This document shows, piece by piece, positions 1 through 8,223 of a stretch of 57,517 nucleotides of DNA (position 1 is its first letter; each line of letters starts with the position of its first letter). Origin of the DNA: a virus (lineage: Duplodnaviria > Caudoviricetes). The stretch is taken from IMG/VR virus record IMGVR_UViG_3300034375_010865, positions 1 to 57,517 of that record. One strand, 5' to 3'. The notes under the pieces were generated by a model that saw only the letters and a list, made by a program, of their open reading frames with translations, ran no database searches and had not been told where the DNA came from. A program made the position numbers and the translations under genes.

Positions 1-93
1 ACAGCGCTGGTATTCCTGGATATCTTCTTGAGTCCAGCCCTGTTGTACGCCGTCTTTTTTTACCTGTGCATTACCTAGATAGGTTTCGTTCAC
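1..93 (-). CDS. gp17: Terminase large subunit, N-terminal 31 codons (runs off window start)
   Basis: Manual translation from GTG at 93 gives MNETYLGNAQVKKDGVQQGWTQEDIQEYQRC, matching the YLGNxxxK...WT.E...EY.KC start of T4-like gp17; lies downstream of gp16. Confidence 0.85.
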   Translation of the reverse strand, partial: MNETYLGNAQVKKDGVQQGWTQEDIQEYQRC

Positions 94-323
94 TTAATAA
101 ATCTCTTTGCTACGAATTTGTGTAGTACATAGAACCATACGCCATTGATGATTGGTTCAATCAATGCAGTCAGCCCTGCGTCAAACCAACTAGCTCCCGT
201 GATCAGTCTAACCGTCGTAATGGCCACCAAGATATGACCAACCGTATAGATCACCGCTAGTAAGACTGAGTCTCCAACCAGCGATCTGATAATTTTAAAG
301 ATTCCGTTCGTTACTTCCGTCAT
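90..323 (-). CDS. Small membrane protein, DUF2061-like
   Basis: Two hydrophobic helices with TGASW..A...ALIEPIINGVWFYVLH pattern; ATG at 323 preceded by AAGGTG (ORF track starts at 329). Confidence 0.6.
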   Translation of the reverse strand: MTEVTNGIFKIIRSLVGDSVLLAVIYTVGHILVAITTVRLITGASWFDAGLTALIEPIINGVWFYVLHKFVAKRFIK

Positions 324-693
324 GTTCAATCACCTTTTCACTTTCACCACGCAGCATCTTTTGTAACTCTGCTGTGGATCCTACAAATACATTCTGTGTT
401 AAAGACTTGGTATCATCAGGCTGACCTTTAGCCTGAGTAACGTTGATGTCTTGGTTCTTCTTATGCATCGCCATCAATGCATGAGCGTTTTCTGCCTGTT
501 GTTTAATCATGCCAGTCAGGACTTCGATGGCGCGCGGGTGTTCTGATTCTTCCGCTACTCTCTGTGCCAACTGTAAACCCTCTTCACCAGAAAGAAGCAG
601 GGATCTAAGAGTCGAACGAATCAGATCTAGATCTTCATCATAACTAGAATGAACATTCTCAGGAATGTCTTTCTTTGGCACGATATCAGTCAT
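295..693 (-). CDS. gp16: Terminase small subunit
   Basis: EHPRAIEVL and NVFVGSTAELQKML motifs; position between gp15 and gp17. Confidence 0.85.
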   Translation of the reverse strand: MTDIVPKKDIPENVHSSYDEDLDLIRSTLRSLLLSGEEGLQLAQRVAEESEHPRAIEVLTGMIKQQAENAHALMAMHKKNQDINVTQAKGQPDDTKSLTQNVFVGSTAELQKMLRGESEKVIEHDGSNERNL

Positions 694-1493
694 TAGGTAC
701 TATCACCATTTCCAGGAATTAAATAAGTTGTGGTAAATCCATAATCGCTGTCCAGACTTACATTAAGAGGATCAGGAACAGTTGTAATTCTTTGCATTAG
801 GTTATCAGAATCCGTCAAGCTATTAGTATTACTAAAGCTACGGAAGTCAACAATAGACTTTCTAATAATAGAGTTATCAGAGATTGGACCAAAGAATGCA
901 GTCTTCATTTCAAAGTCTAAAGTATAGATAATAGTTCTTCTACTTTCTAATGCACCTTCATAATCATCGGTATACGAAATACCTATCAGAGAGATAGGAA
1001 TGTCTTCTGTGATATTCGGGTAATCACTAAACTGTTTCATTGTAACAGTATAAGCCGGATTAAAGAATGGCAGAATCTGTTCCACAATTTGAACAGCATC
1101 TTCATTAGTTTTTGCTAAAATATTTAGCTGAAAATTCATAATATATGGAACAGAAGTAAAAAACTTTGTCTTTTTAGTATTATCATCAGTAACAGTTTCA
1201 GTAAAGTTGCTGACTTTAGAAAGCTGTCTAACTGGATCGTAATACATCGAGGAGATCTCAAATGACATACGAGGGAGTTTAATTGCTACAAACCTGGCAT
1301 CAGTTTCCAGGTCTGCGTTTTCTCTAATTCTATCTAAGAATTTTTGTTTAGGAGCATACGCCAATGGAACTTTGATTTGACTAATCACAGCTCCAGCAGC
1401 ATCTTTTCTTAACAAATAGATGTTATTAAATATGGTACCAAATGTAGCCACACATTTTCTAATTTTTTCGTGGTAAAAATGCTGTCCAAACAT
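693..1493 (-). CDS. gp15: Tail sheath stabilizer / tail completion protein
   Basis: FYHEKIRKCVATFGTIFNNI, KVPLAYAPKQKF, LPRMSFE, QIVEQILPFFNP motifs; synteny 13-14-15-16-17. Confidence 0.92.
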   Translation of the reverse strand: MFGQHFYHEKIRKCVATFGTIFNNIYLLRKDAAGAVISQIKVPLAYAPKQKFLDRIRENADLETDARFVAIKLPRMSFEISSMYYDPVRQLSKVSNFTETVTDDNTKKTKFFTSVPYIMNFQLNILAKTNEDAVQIVEQILPFFNPAYTVTMKQFSDYPNITEDIPISLIGISYTDDYEGALESRRTIIYTLDFEMKTAFFGPISDNSIIRKSIVDFRSFSNTNSLTDSDNLMQRITTVPDPLNVSLDSDYGFTTTYLIPGNGDST

Positions 1494-2368
1494 TAGGTAG
1501 GATCTCCAAATGGGTTACCTTCACTGAAGTCTAAGAAATCGTCTCCGGCAGTTTCAAATACATCGTTTTGATTATTAATTTGAATTACATTATCCTCTGA
1601 TGTCGACAAAACGGTATGTGTGTTACTACTAGCATCAGTAATTGTTCCGGCCGTAAATAAGTGGAACTTACCGTCATCTGCTCCAACATGTACAAGCGTT
1701 AGTTTATCAGAACTATCATTCCAATTAGCAATTTCGCCTGTAATAGTGACACCATTTGCCAAACTTTGTGTAACAGAAGTACCTACTTCAAAAGCACCAC
1801 TAGAATAAGCAGAATCCGCTAACGTTAAGATATACTGATAAGCATAACTTCCTTCAATATCATCAATAGCTGCAATGTCTGTATCAAAGTCTTCATCATT
1901 GTATTCGAACAGCTCACATGTTAATCTGAAAACAGGAAGATTAGATAATTGGTAGAAAGGTCTTTCGTCTTCTACTCTAGTAATTTCAAAAATAGAATTC
2001 GACAGAGGAATAAAAATTAAATCACCTTCGTTTGGTCTTACCTGTGAAGATGAATGGCTGGCTGAAACTTCATCCCATCTTTTCTTAGCTACAATGAAGT
2101 TTGCTTGATCTCTTAGCTCTACACCAAATTTAGTGAATAGATCTCCATCACCACCATATCCATCAATGTTTTCCAAATACATTTCAATTTGATATGCATC
2201 TTCAAACTTGGAAACAACATCCTCACTAAACACTGTATCTTCAGCCACAATAGAACGAGGCATGTAGAACACGTCTTGTCCATACATCTTTAAAGATTCA
2301 ATGACTACATTTTCATATAAGTCTTGTTCAGACTTAACTTTTTGGCTGAAGTAAAGGTTAGTGGCCAT
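1493..2368 (-). CDS. gp14: Neck protein
   Basis: EQDLYENVVIESLKMYGQDVFYMPR, LFTKFGVELRD, RPNEGDLIF, PFYQL, DFSEGNPFG. Confidence 0.92.
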   Translation of the reverse strand: MATNLYFSQKVKSEQDLYENVVIESLKMYGQDVFYMPRSIVAEDTVFSEDVVSKFEDAYQIEMYLENIDGYGGDGDLFTKFGVELRDQANFIVAKKRWDEVSASHSSSQVRPNEGDLIFIPLSNSIFEITRVEDERPFYQLSNLPVFRLTCELFEYNDEDFDTDIAAIDDIEGSYAYQYILTLADSAYSSGAFEVGTSVTQSLANGVTITGEIANWNDSSDKLTLVHVGADDGKFHLFTAGTITDASSNTHTVLSTSEDNVIQINNQNDVFETAGDDFLDFSEGNPFGDPT

Positions 2369-2372
2369 TATG

Positions 2373-3128
2373 CTATCCTAAGAAAAAGTCAACAGGAAGC
2401 TCATAAGTCGTTCGCATTTTTTCATCTAGTCTTAACAGCTCTTGAGTTGCATCGTCATAAATTTGTCTACCGTTTAACTGCACACCACCTGGAAGTTGCA
2501 TGCCATCAAACTTAATCAGGTTTGATCCCCATTGCTGTTTAATTAATTGTGTCAAGTATTCTTTCAAGAAAATATCGTTATAAACGTCTGTATGTGTTTC
2601 AGGATCTACGATCTTAAAGGTCTCAAAGACTAAATAGTCGCCTTCTACGATATTCTGTTCAGAAAACTTACCGTGGATATGTACTCTGTTCTGATGCCGA
2701 TTAAAATCAATTTGAGGATACCCAGTCAATTGCATATCAATCAATGAAAGATATTGTTTGACCTGTTCATAATAAGCTAAATTACCGATAAAAGTATTTA
2801 AATCATAGATTTCATTAAGCGACATCTGATACTTAATATCAAACATTCCAGCAGAAGATCCACCGGTGGATCTAATCTGAAATAGTTTTTTGATAAAAGT
2901 AATACTATCGTCTACATCAATATATCCGTTTGTAATATCCGTAGAAGTAACTTGATGCTTTAGAAAAGTCCGGACTACTGCATCAGAATGATATTCCTGA
3001 TACATTTGGAGTGCATCGTCCGTTCTATCCTCAAGCTGATCAATATCAACATTGATTTCAATCACCGGTGCACCAAGTCTTCTTAGACAATGATCTATTA
3101 GTTGATCTCGAGTACTAGGCTTCGCCAT
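2373..3128 (-). CDS. gp13: Neck protein
   Basis: CLRRLGAPVIEINV, KQQWGSNLIKFDGMQLPGGVQLNG. Confidence 0.92.
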   Translation of the reverse strand: MAKPSTRDQLIDHCLRRLGAPVIEINVDIDQLEDRTDDALQMYQEYHSDAVVRTFLKHQVTSTDITNGYIDVDDSITFIKKLFQIRSTGGSSAGMFDIKYQMSLNEIYDLNTFIGNLAYYEQVKQYLSLIDMQLTGYPQIDFNRHQNRVHIHGKFSEQNIVEGDYLVFETFKIVDPETHTDVYNDIFLKEYLTQLIKQQWGSNLIKFDGMQLPGGVQLNGRQIYDDATQELLRLDEKMRTTYELPVDFFLG

Positions 3129-3159
3129 GGTTCTTCCTTACAAACAGATTTATATTATC

Positions 3160-3167
3160 TATTTATT
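3160..3167 (-). promoter_or_regulatory. T4-type late promoter variant (AATAAATA) upstream of gp13
   Basis: tatttatt on + strand about 32 nt upstream of the gp13 start. Confidence 0.55.
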
Positions 3168-3633
3168 AGCCCGAAGAATCCTGTGAGGAATCCTGTGAGG
3201 AATCTTCTGGATAGGTGAATCCCATTTCATCAAACCATTCTCTAGGATAACCTTGATTTTTAAAAGCCAATAGCGCTTCTAGTTCAGTTGGCAGATCTGC
3301 AGAATCCAGGCCCGGGTCAGGCTCCGCGCTATTCCTAGAATTTCTGATAAAGTCTCTATTATTATTTTTCGGTTTCCCAGTAATAAAAGCAATACCATCA
3401 TCTAAAGATGCGGAATCTAACATTGTATCATAATTTACAATAATCCATTTGTCACCAGCGCTGTCGGTTAAGTCTGATTTAAGATTATAAGTTCCACCAT
3501 AGTATGATTTAATGGATTCCTTTGCAGTCATTCCATCTTTCTTTTTTACAGCATACCCAAATTCATTTAGTTTACTGTTATTTTGACTTTCTCTGACATA
3601 CTCTGTCAAAGAATTTGTAATTGTGAGAGACAT
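3166..3633 (-). CDS. Hypothetical protein with DSSQ-repeat C-terminus
   Basis: 155-aa ORF with GGAG RBS; ends PEDSSQDSSQDSSG. Confidence 0.7.
   Translation of the reverse strand: MSLTITNSLTEYVRESQNNSKLNEFGYAVKKKDGMTAKESIKSYYGGTYNLKSDLTDSAGDKWIIVNYDTMLDSASLDDGIAFITGKPKNNNRDFIRNSRNSAEPDPGLDSADLPTELEALLAFKNQGYPREWFDEMGFTYPEDSSQDSSQDSSG
3176..3204. repeat. 12-bp tandem repeat (gaatcctgtgag x2.4) encoding DSSQ units
   Basis: Read directly from sequence. Confidence 0.9.
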
Positions 3634-3656
3634 TTTTGCACTCCTATTTCATATCT

Positions 3657-5495
3657 CTACGAAGACGCTTGGATAATATCACCCGGTCGACTTCTAATAA
3701 TGACCTGTTCAAGATCAGTTCCTGGTCCGTATCCTCTGTAATCGTTTGGATCTGATGGACCAATTGTTGTTCCTCCACTAGAATCCAAATATGGAGAATT
3801 AGTAATAGTAGCTTGTACAGCGGTACCAATAAAGTTGCTTACCACCGTAAAGAACGTTAATCTTCCTGTTCCAACCACAGGATCACTATCTAGTTGACCT
3901 AAAGCCGTTAACTCGTTAGAGTCTCCAGATCTATTTCCTAGGAAGTCAGGTCTAGATGCAGCACTGTCTGCGCTATCATGAATTACATCATATGGATTTT
4001 GAGCGATAAGCAAACTATTTATAGAATTATTGTAAATAGTTTGATAAAGCTGCAATCTATTACCAACTTCTGGAGCTCCTACCTCACCAAACGGGCCGGG
4101 AGGTTGTTGATACAGAATTTGACTAGCATATGAAAGCCCACTATCCGTAAAAGACAGATCTAGAGTAGGTGAGCTATCAAATAAGTTACTAGTAATAGCT
4201 TTATTAGAACCAACAAATAAAAGCCCTTTTGCATCAGAATCTGCGCTATCATGCACAATTTGTCCATAGGGGTTAATATTAAATCCGGCAAGATCGACTG
4301 CAGGTACACTACTAAGATTCATAGTAACAGTTAGATCAGTAGCAGCACCACCATCTGACTCTCCAGCGATTCCTAATTTTCCACCTGCTACACTAATAGA
4401 TTGAACGCTTAGATCTCCTTGTGCAACTGCGATATTGTTCAGGTATGCAAGACCCCCGCCTCCTCCACCGCCTCCGGCAGAAGTAGAATTAGAATAACCT
4501 GCAGCTCCACCTGCTCCGATAGCCATAATGCTAAACGAGTCTACTCCTTCAGGAATAGTCCATACTGTGGCCGAATCACCAACAGATGATTGTGTAGTAG
4601 TAGTAGTAGTACTAGTATTTGGAGGTAAAACTGTGTTTTGATAAGCATTAGAAGATGGTAATTCACCTTGAATTCCGGCTTTATGTGCTAAGTAACCATA
4701 AAGTTTTTCTTCTTCGGTTGAAGATAATGTTCCTTGGATAATAACAATATCTAGATAGCTAACATCTGCTCTTCGTGTATTAAGAACCTGATACCCAAAT
4801 GTAAGTAATTGACCAGCAGGAACTGCAGGAGTTGCATCTCCTCCACTATAACTAGCTCTTCCTCCATCAAATGTTGTTACATGCCCGTTAGTAGTACTGG
4901 CTTTGAAATCGAATAACGCCGTATTGCTGTGTAATGTTCTGTAGTTAACATTTTGACCATCGACATTAGTCCAATTATTATAGTTCCCGTATGAAGCAAA
5001 GTCGTCGTCACCTTTCCAGTATATATAAGCTCCCGGATCAGAGCCACCCGACGCCCATACTCCACTTACAATTGGACCATAAATATCACTACCTGATCTG
5101 CCATTAAGTCTGCCTACTATAAAGACGCGCCAATCATTTGCTTGATGAAGACTTGCAGTACCTGTTTCTTGAAGATAACTTCCTGCAAAAGTTCTTACAT
5201 AATCATTACCAATTGTAAGATAAGTGCCATTAAAAGAAAGATTGTTTTGTCCTGAAACTTTATTAGTCCATTGCGTTTCACTTCCAGTATTTGCTGAACC
5301 GTTAGCACTAATATCACTGCCATCAAACCACCCAACAAGAGTTGCAGATGAAATATCACTGGGTTCCCAGAAATCATAAGAAACTGAGTTGACATTACCT
5401 CCACCTCCACTACCTCCGCCCAGAATAATAACCTGGCTGTAGCCTGCTGCCGCTAAGTCTGCGGAATCTGCTGAATCTGGAAACTTTAAAACCAA
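3657..5495 (-). CDS. Tail accessory/adhesin protein: ConA/LamG-like domain plus N-terminal third of a polyglycine domain
   Basis: TTG start after AAGGA; W.PSD...GWFDGSD...KLYGYLAHK lectin-like pattern; WTIPEGVDSFSIMAIGAGG...GGGLAYLNNIAV. Confidence 0.65.
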   Translation of the reverse strand: MVLKFPDSADSADLAAAGYSQVIILGGGSGGGGNVNSVSYDFWEPSDISSATLVGWFDGSDISANGSANTGSETQWTNKVSGQNNLSFNGTYLTIGNDYVRTFAGSYLQETGTASLHQANDWRVFIVGRLNGRSGSDIYGPIVSGVWASGGSDPGAYIYWKGDDDFASYGNYNNWTNVDGQNVNYRTLHSNTALFDFKASTTNGHVTTFDGGRASYSGGDATPAVPAGQLLTFGYQVLNTRRADVSYLDIVIIQGTLSSTEEEKLYGYLAHKAGIQGELPSSNAYQNTVLPPNTSTTTTTTQSSVGDSATVWTIPEGVDSFSIMAIGAGGAAGYSNSTSAGGGGGGGGLAYLNNIAVAQGDLSVQSISVAGGKLGIAGESDGGAATDLTVTMNLSSVPAVDLAGFNINPYGQIVHDSADSDAKGLLFVGSNKAITSNLFDSSPTLDLSFTDSGLSYASQILYQQPPGPFGEVGAPEVGNRLQLYQTIYNNSINSLLIAQNPYDVIHDSADSAASRPDFLGNRSGDSNELTALGQLDSDPVVGTGRLTFFTVVSNFIGTAVQATITNSPYLDSSGGTTIGPSDPNDYRGYGPGTDLEQVIIRSRPGDIIQASS

Positions 5496-5520
5496 TTACT
5501 TATTCCTTAATTTAAACATT
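5496..5520. repeat. 25-bp direct repeat copy 1 (ttacttattccttaatttaaacatt), contains RBS
   Basis: Identical to 6800-6824; first 14 bp also at 7911-7924. Confidence 0.9.
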
Positions 5521-5892
5521 AATTAATTCCCAGTTAACAATTTCTTCATTCCATCCATATCTTTCATTAGAATCAGATTCTGGCATAGGGACTGGAGGTT
5601 CCCAGCAACAACTGGAATCATTTAGTACCCATGACTCAAAAGATGGTTTGGGTGCAATAAAAGCATCTCTATCAGAATCATAGGTATATCCTATACCTGC
5701 ATAATTTTTTCTAAAAGGAACTCCTCCTAGTAAATGCTTTCCTTCGGCTGTATTATAAGAAGTTCTTTTACAGGTTTGACCAAGCCTATTACCATAGTAA
5801 ACTTCCCAGTCAACTCCATCTGTATTCTCGTCTTTACCAACGATAACTTGAGTTACTATGTTATCTGAATTTAAGAATGCGTAATGTGCCAT
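5512..5892 (-). CDS. Small conserved partner of glycine-rich tail proteins (putative fibre assembly/accessory protein)
   Basis: MAHYAFL..DNIVTQVIVG, KRTSYNT, PFRKNYAGIGYTYD..RDAFI.PKP..SW motifs; ATG at 5892 directly follows the upstream stop. Confidence 0.75.
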   Translation of the reverse strand: MAHYAFLNSDNIVTQVIVGKDENTDGVDWEVYYGNRLGQTCKRTSYNTAEGKHLLGGVPFRKNYAGIGYTYDSDRDAFIAPKPSFESWVLNDSSCCWEPPVPMPESDSNERYGWNEEIVNWELINV

Positions 5893-5893
5893 A

Positions 5894-6799
5894 TTAGCTA
5901 AACGATATCGAATCGGTCCCTGCTGTGAATACTGTAACTTTATCTGTTCCAATAGTACTAGTTATAGATGTTAATCCTGATCCTACAGTTATTGTATATG
6001 TATTGGGGTATCTTAAAATAACTACTCCTGACCCACCAGAACCCGGATATCCATTAGCAGCATCTAGTGCTGTACCACCGCCGCCACCTCCACCAGTATT
6101 TACCATTCCTGGTGTAGCAGGAACAACTTTTCCTCTATCGCCAAAAGCATAACAAGCGCCATCACCACCGCCGCCTCGACCACCTACTCCAACGTCAAGA
6201 TTATAAGTACTGGCTGCACCACCGCCAGCTCTAAATACTGACTTTCCGGTAATAGTAGAAGCAAGACCGTTACCACCATCACCACCTATACCATATCCAG
6301 CTCCTATTTTACCTTCTTCACCGGCTCCACCTCCGCCTCCTGGCCTGGAAGCTAATGAGCTCCATTGATTTGCACCATCTCCACCATCAAATCCCTGGCC
6401 AGCACGACCCGCTCCTCCTGCATGGGTGACAGCTTGGGCTGAACCCCCTCCAGATCCGCTGCCTCCAGCGATACCTGCAGTTTGGCCGTTAGTTCCTCTA
6501 CCGCCACCAGTAGAAATAATTGTATGAAACTTGCTATAACTACCATTACTGCCAGCGGATCCTACAGTAGTTGCCCTAGCTCCTCCTCCGCCAACTGTAA
6601 CTGTATAATTTGTACCTGTTGATAAAGTAAAAGCCGATTCTATGGAACTATTTCGTCCAGAATAGGTGTCTCCAGAATAAGAATTTCTATATCCTCCTGC
6701 ACCTGCTCCGGATCCCCATTCTGAATAGGCGGCGCTCGGAGGTCTACCTCCTCCGCCGCCACCAGCAATGACCAAATAAGAAACTGTTAAACTAGACAT
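5894..6799 (-). CDS. Glycine-rich (polyglycine, gp38-adhesin-like) protein
   Basis: VSYLVIAGGGGGG...YTVTVGGGG...NTGGGGGG...GGSGVVILRYP complete domain. Confidence 0.75.
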   Translation of the reverse strand: MSSLTVSYLVIAGGGGGGRPPSAAYSEWGSGAGAGGYRNSYSGDTYSGRNSSIESAFTLSTGTNYTVTVGGGGARATTVGSAGSNGSYSKFHTIISTGGGRGTNGQTAGIAGGSGSGGGSAQAVTHAGGAGRAGQGFDGGDGANQWSSLASRPGGGGGAGEEGKIGAGYGIGGDGGNGLASTITGKSVFRAGGGAASTYNLDVGVGGRGGGGDGACYAFGDRGKVVPATPGMVNTGGGGGGGTALDAANGYPGSGGSGVVILRYPNTYTITVGSGLTSITSTIGTDKVTVFTAGTDSISFS

Positions 6800-6824
6800 T
6801 TACTTATTCCTTAATTTAAACATT
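6800..6824. repeat. 25-bp direct repeat copy 2
   Basis: Identical to 5496-5520. Confidence 0.9.
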
Positions 6825-6836
6825 TAATCGACGACG

Positions 6837-7907
6837 CTAGATAGCATATCGTATAACTACGATGCCAGAGCCACCAGCACCTCCGTTGTCCGCAGCTGCG
6901 TTTGATAATGTACCAGCACCACCGCCTCCAGTGTTGGCTGCACCATCACTTCCTGACCCAGTTCCAGCAGTATTTCTTCCATTTGTATCTCCGTCTCCCG
7001 CGCCACCGCCTTTACCACCAGTACCCATAGTTGCACCAGTGTAGTAGACACCAGCGCCGCCACCGCCATAATAATAGTCGTTCTGCTCAAAATCAGTTAT
7101 TAGAACACCGTCACCACCATTTCCAGCAGTGCCAGAGGCGGCATCAATACCATCGGCAGCAGCACCAGCACCACCGCCGGTAGAAATGGGGCCCCCCCAA
7201 TAGCTGCTACCACCATTATATCCAGCATAAACATTTCCTGTTATTCCCGCTGGAAAAGTCGGTGCAGTCCCAGAACCACCTGAAACGGTGATGCTGGCAT
7301 GTGCCCCAGCACCACCACCGTTTGCACCATCTCTACCTTCTTTTTGCAGTACTTCGTAGTAAGAACCACCCCCACCACCTCCGGTTGCAGTTATACCAAA
7401 AGCTGTGGTTGATCCGCCGTTGTTACCGAAAAGGTTGGCTCCACCATTTGTTCCACCAGCACCAACTGTAATGCTGTGAGTTCCGGTAGTAGTCAGAGTA
7501 ACGCCTGAACCACTATGAGTGGTGCTTGTGAGCATAACAGCCCCACCACCTCCACCACCAGAAATTCTCCCTCCGGCTTCACCACCACCACCGACTAGAA
7601 GAACGTCAAACGTCCCTGCTGTAGTTACGGTGAAAGTTCCGCTACTAGTAAACTCTCTAAACTGATATAGTTGACCATCAATAGTGGCTTGATAAGAGTT
7701 ATTACCGCCAGTACCTACGCCATAGGAGACAGGGACAGAGACAGAAGGCAATCCTCTATCAATAATAGTAGTAGTGTCACTCTGTCCACTTGGAGTAGGA
7801 TAAATGATTCTTACAGCACCACGCTGGCCGTGACCACCTTTACTACTAAAGGAAGCACTAGATGCGGCTGAACCGCCACCACCACCAAATTTACCTGCGT
7901 TAGACAT
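6837..7907 (-). CDS. Glycine-rich protein: C-terminal fragment of one polyglycine domain fused to a complete second polyglycine domain
   Basis: Starts GKFGGGGG...GAVRIIYP...RGLPS; then FTSSGTF...FDVLLVGGGG...GGSGIVVIRY. Confidence 0.7.
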   Translation of the reverse strand: MSNAGKFGGGGGSAASSASFSSKGGHGQRGAVRIIYPTPSGQSDTTTIIDRGLPSVSVPVSYGVGTGGNNSYQATIDGQLYQFREFTSSGTFTVTTAGTFDVLLVGGGGEAGGRISGGGGGGAVMLTSTTHSGSGVTLTTTGTHSITVGAGGTNGGANLFGNNGGSTTAFGITATGGGGGGSYYEVLQKEGRDGANGGGAGAHASITVSGGSGTAPTFPAGITGNVYAGYNGGSSYWGGPISTGGGAGAAADGIDAASGTAGNGGDGVLITDFEQNDYYYGGGGAGVYYTGATMGTGGKGGGAGDGDTNGRNTAGTGSGSDGAANTGGGGAGTLSNAAADNGGAGGSGIVVIRYAI

Positions 7908-7921
7908 TAATTACTTATTCC

Positions 7922-8212
7922 TTATACCGAGTCTACTAAAACCCATTCTTGTACTGCTGAATCAAAATTATATTCTACGCCGTCTAAATCTCTTTGAATA
8001 GTAAAAATCATTCCGGATCTAATATGATTGATTTGTTCTGGCCATGCACCACTATCAATCATTGGAGTATTATCAATAAACTGTTGAAGACTAATACTGT
8101 CATTATAATACTTATCATATTCATCTACTACTAGTGTTGCATATTGAGCAATATTAGTATTAGGATTATCTTTTTGCTCTACTGCATAAGGATAGTATAT
8201 ACTTTTAACCAT
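7922..8212 (-). CDS. Hypothetical small tail accessory protein
   Basis: 96-aa ORF in operon with AGGA RBS; C-terminal Y.FD..VQEW motif resembles the end of 5512-5892. Confidence 0.6.
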   Translation of the reverse strand: MVKSIYYPYAVEQKDNPNTNIAQYATLVVDEYDKYYNDSISLQQFIDNTPMIDSGAWPEQINHIRSGMIFTIQRDLDGVEYNFDSAVQEWVLVDSV

Positions 8213-8223
8213 TTATTCTGTTC

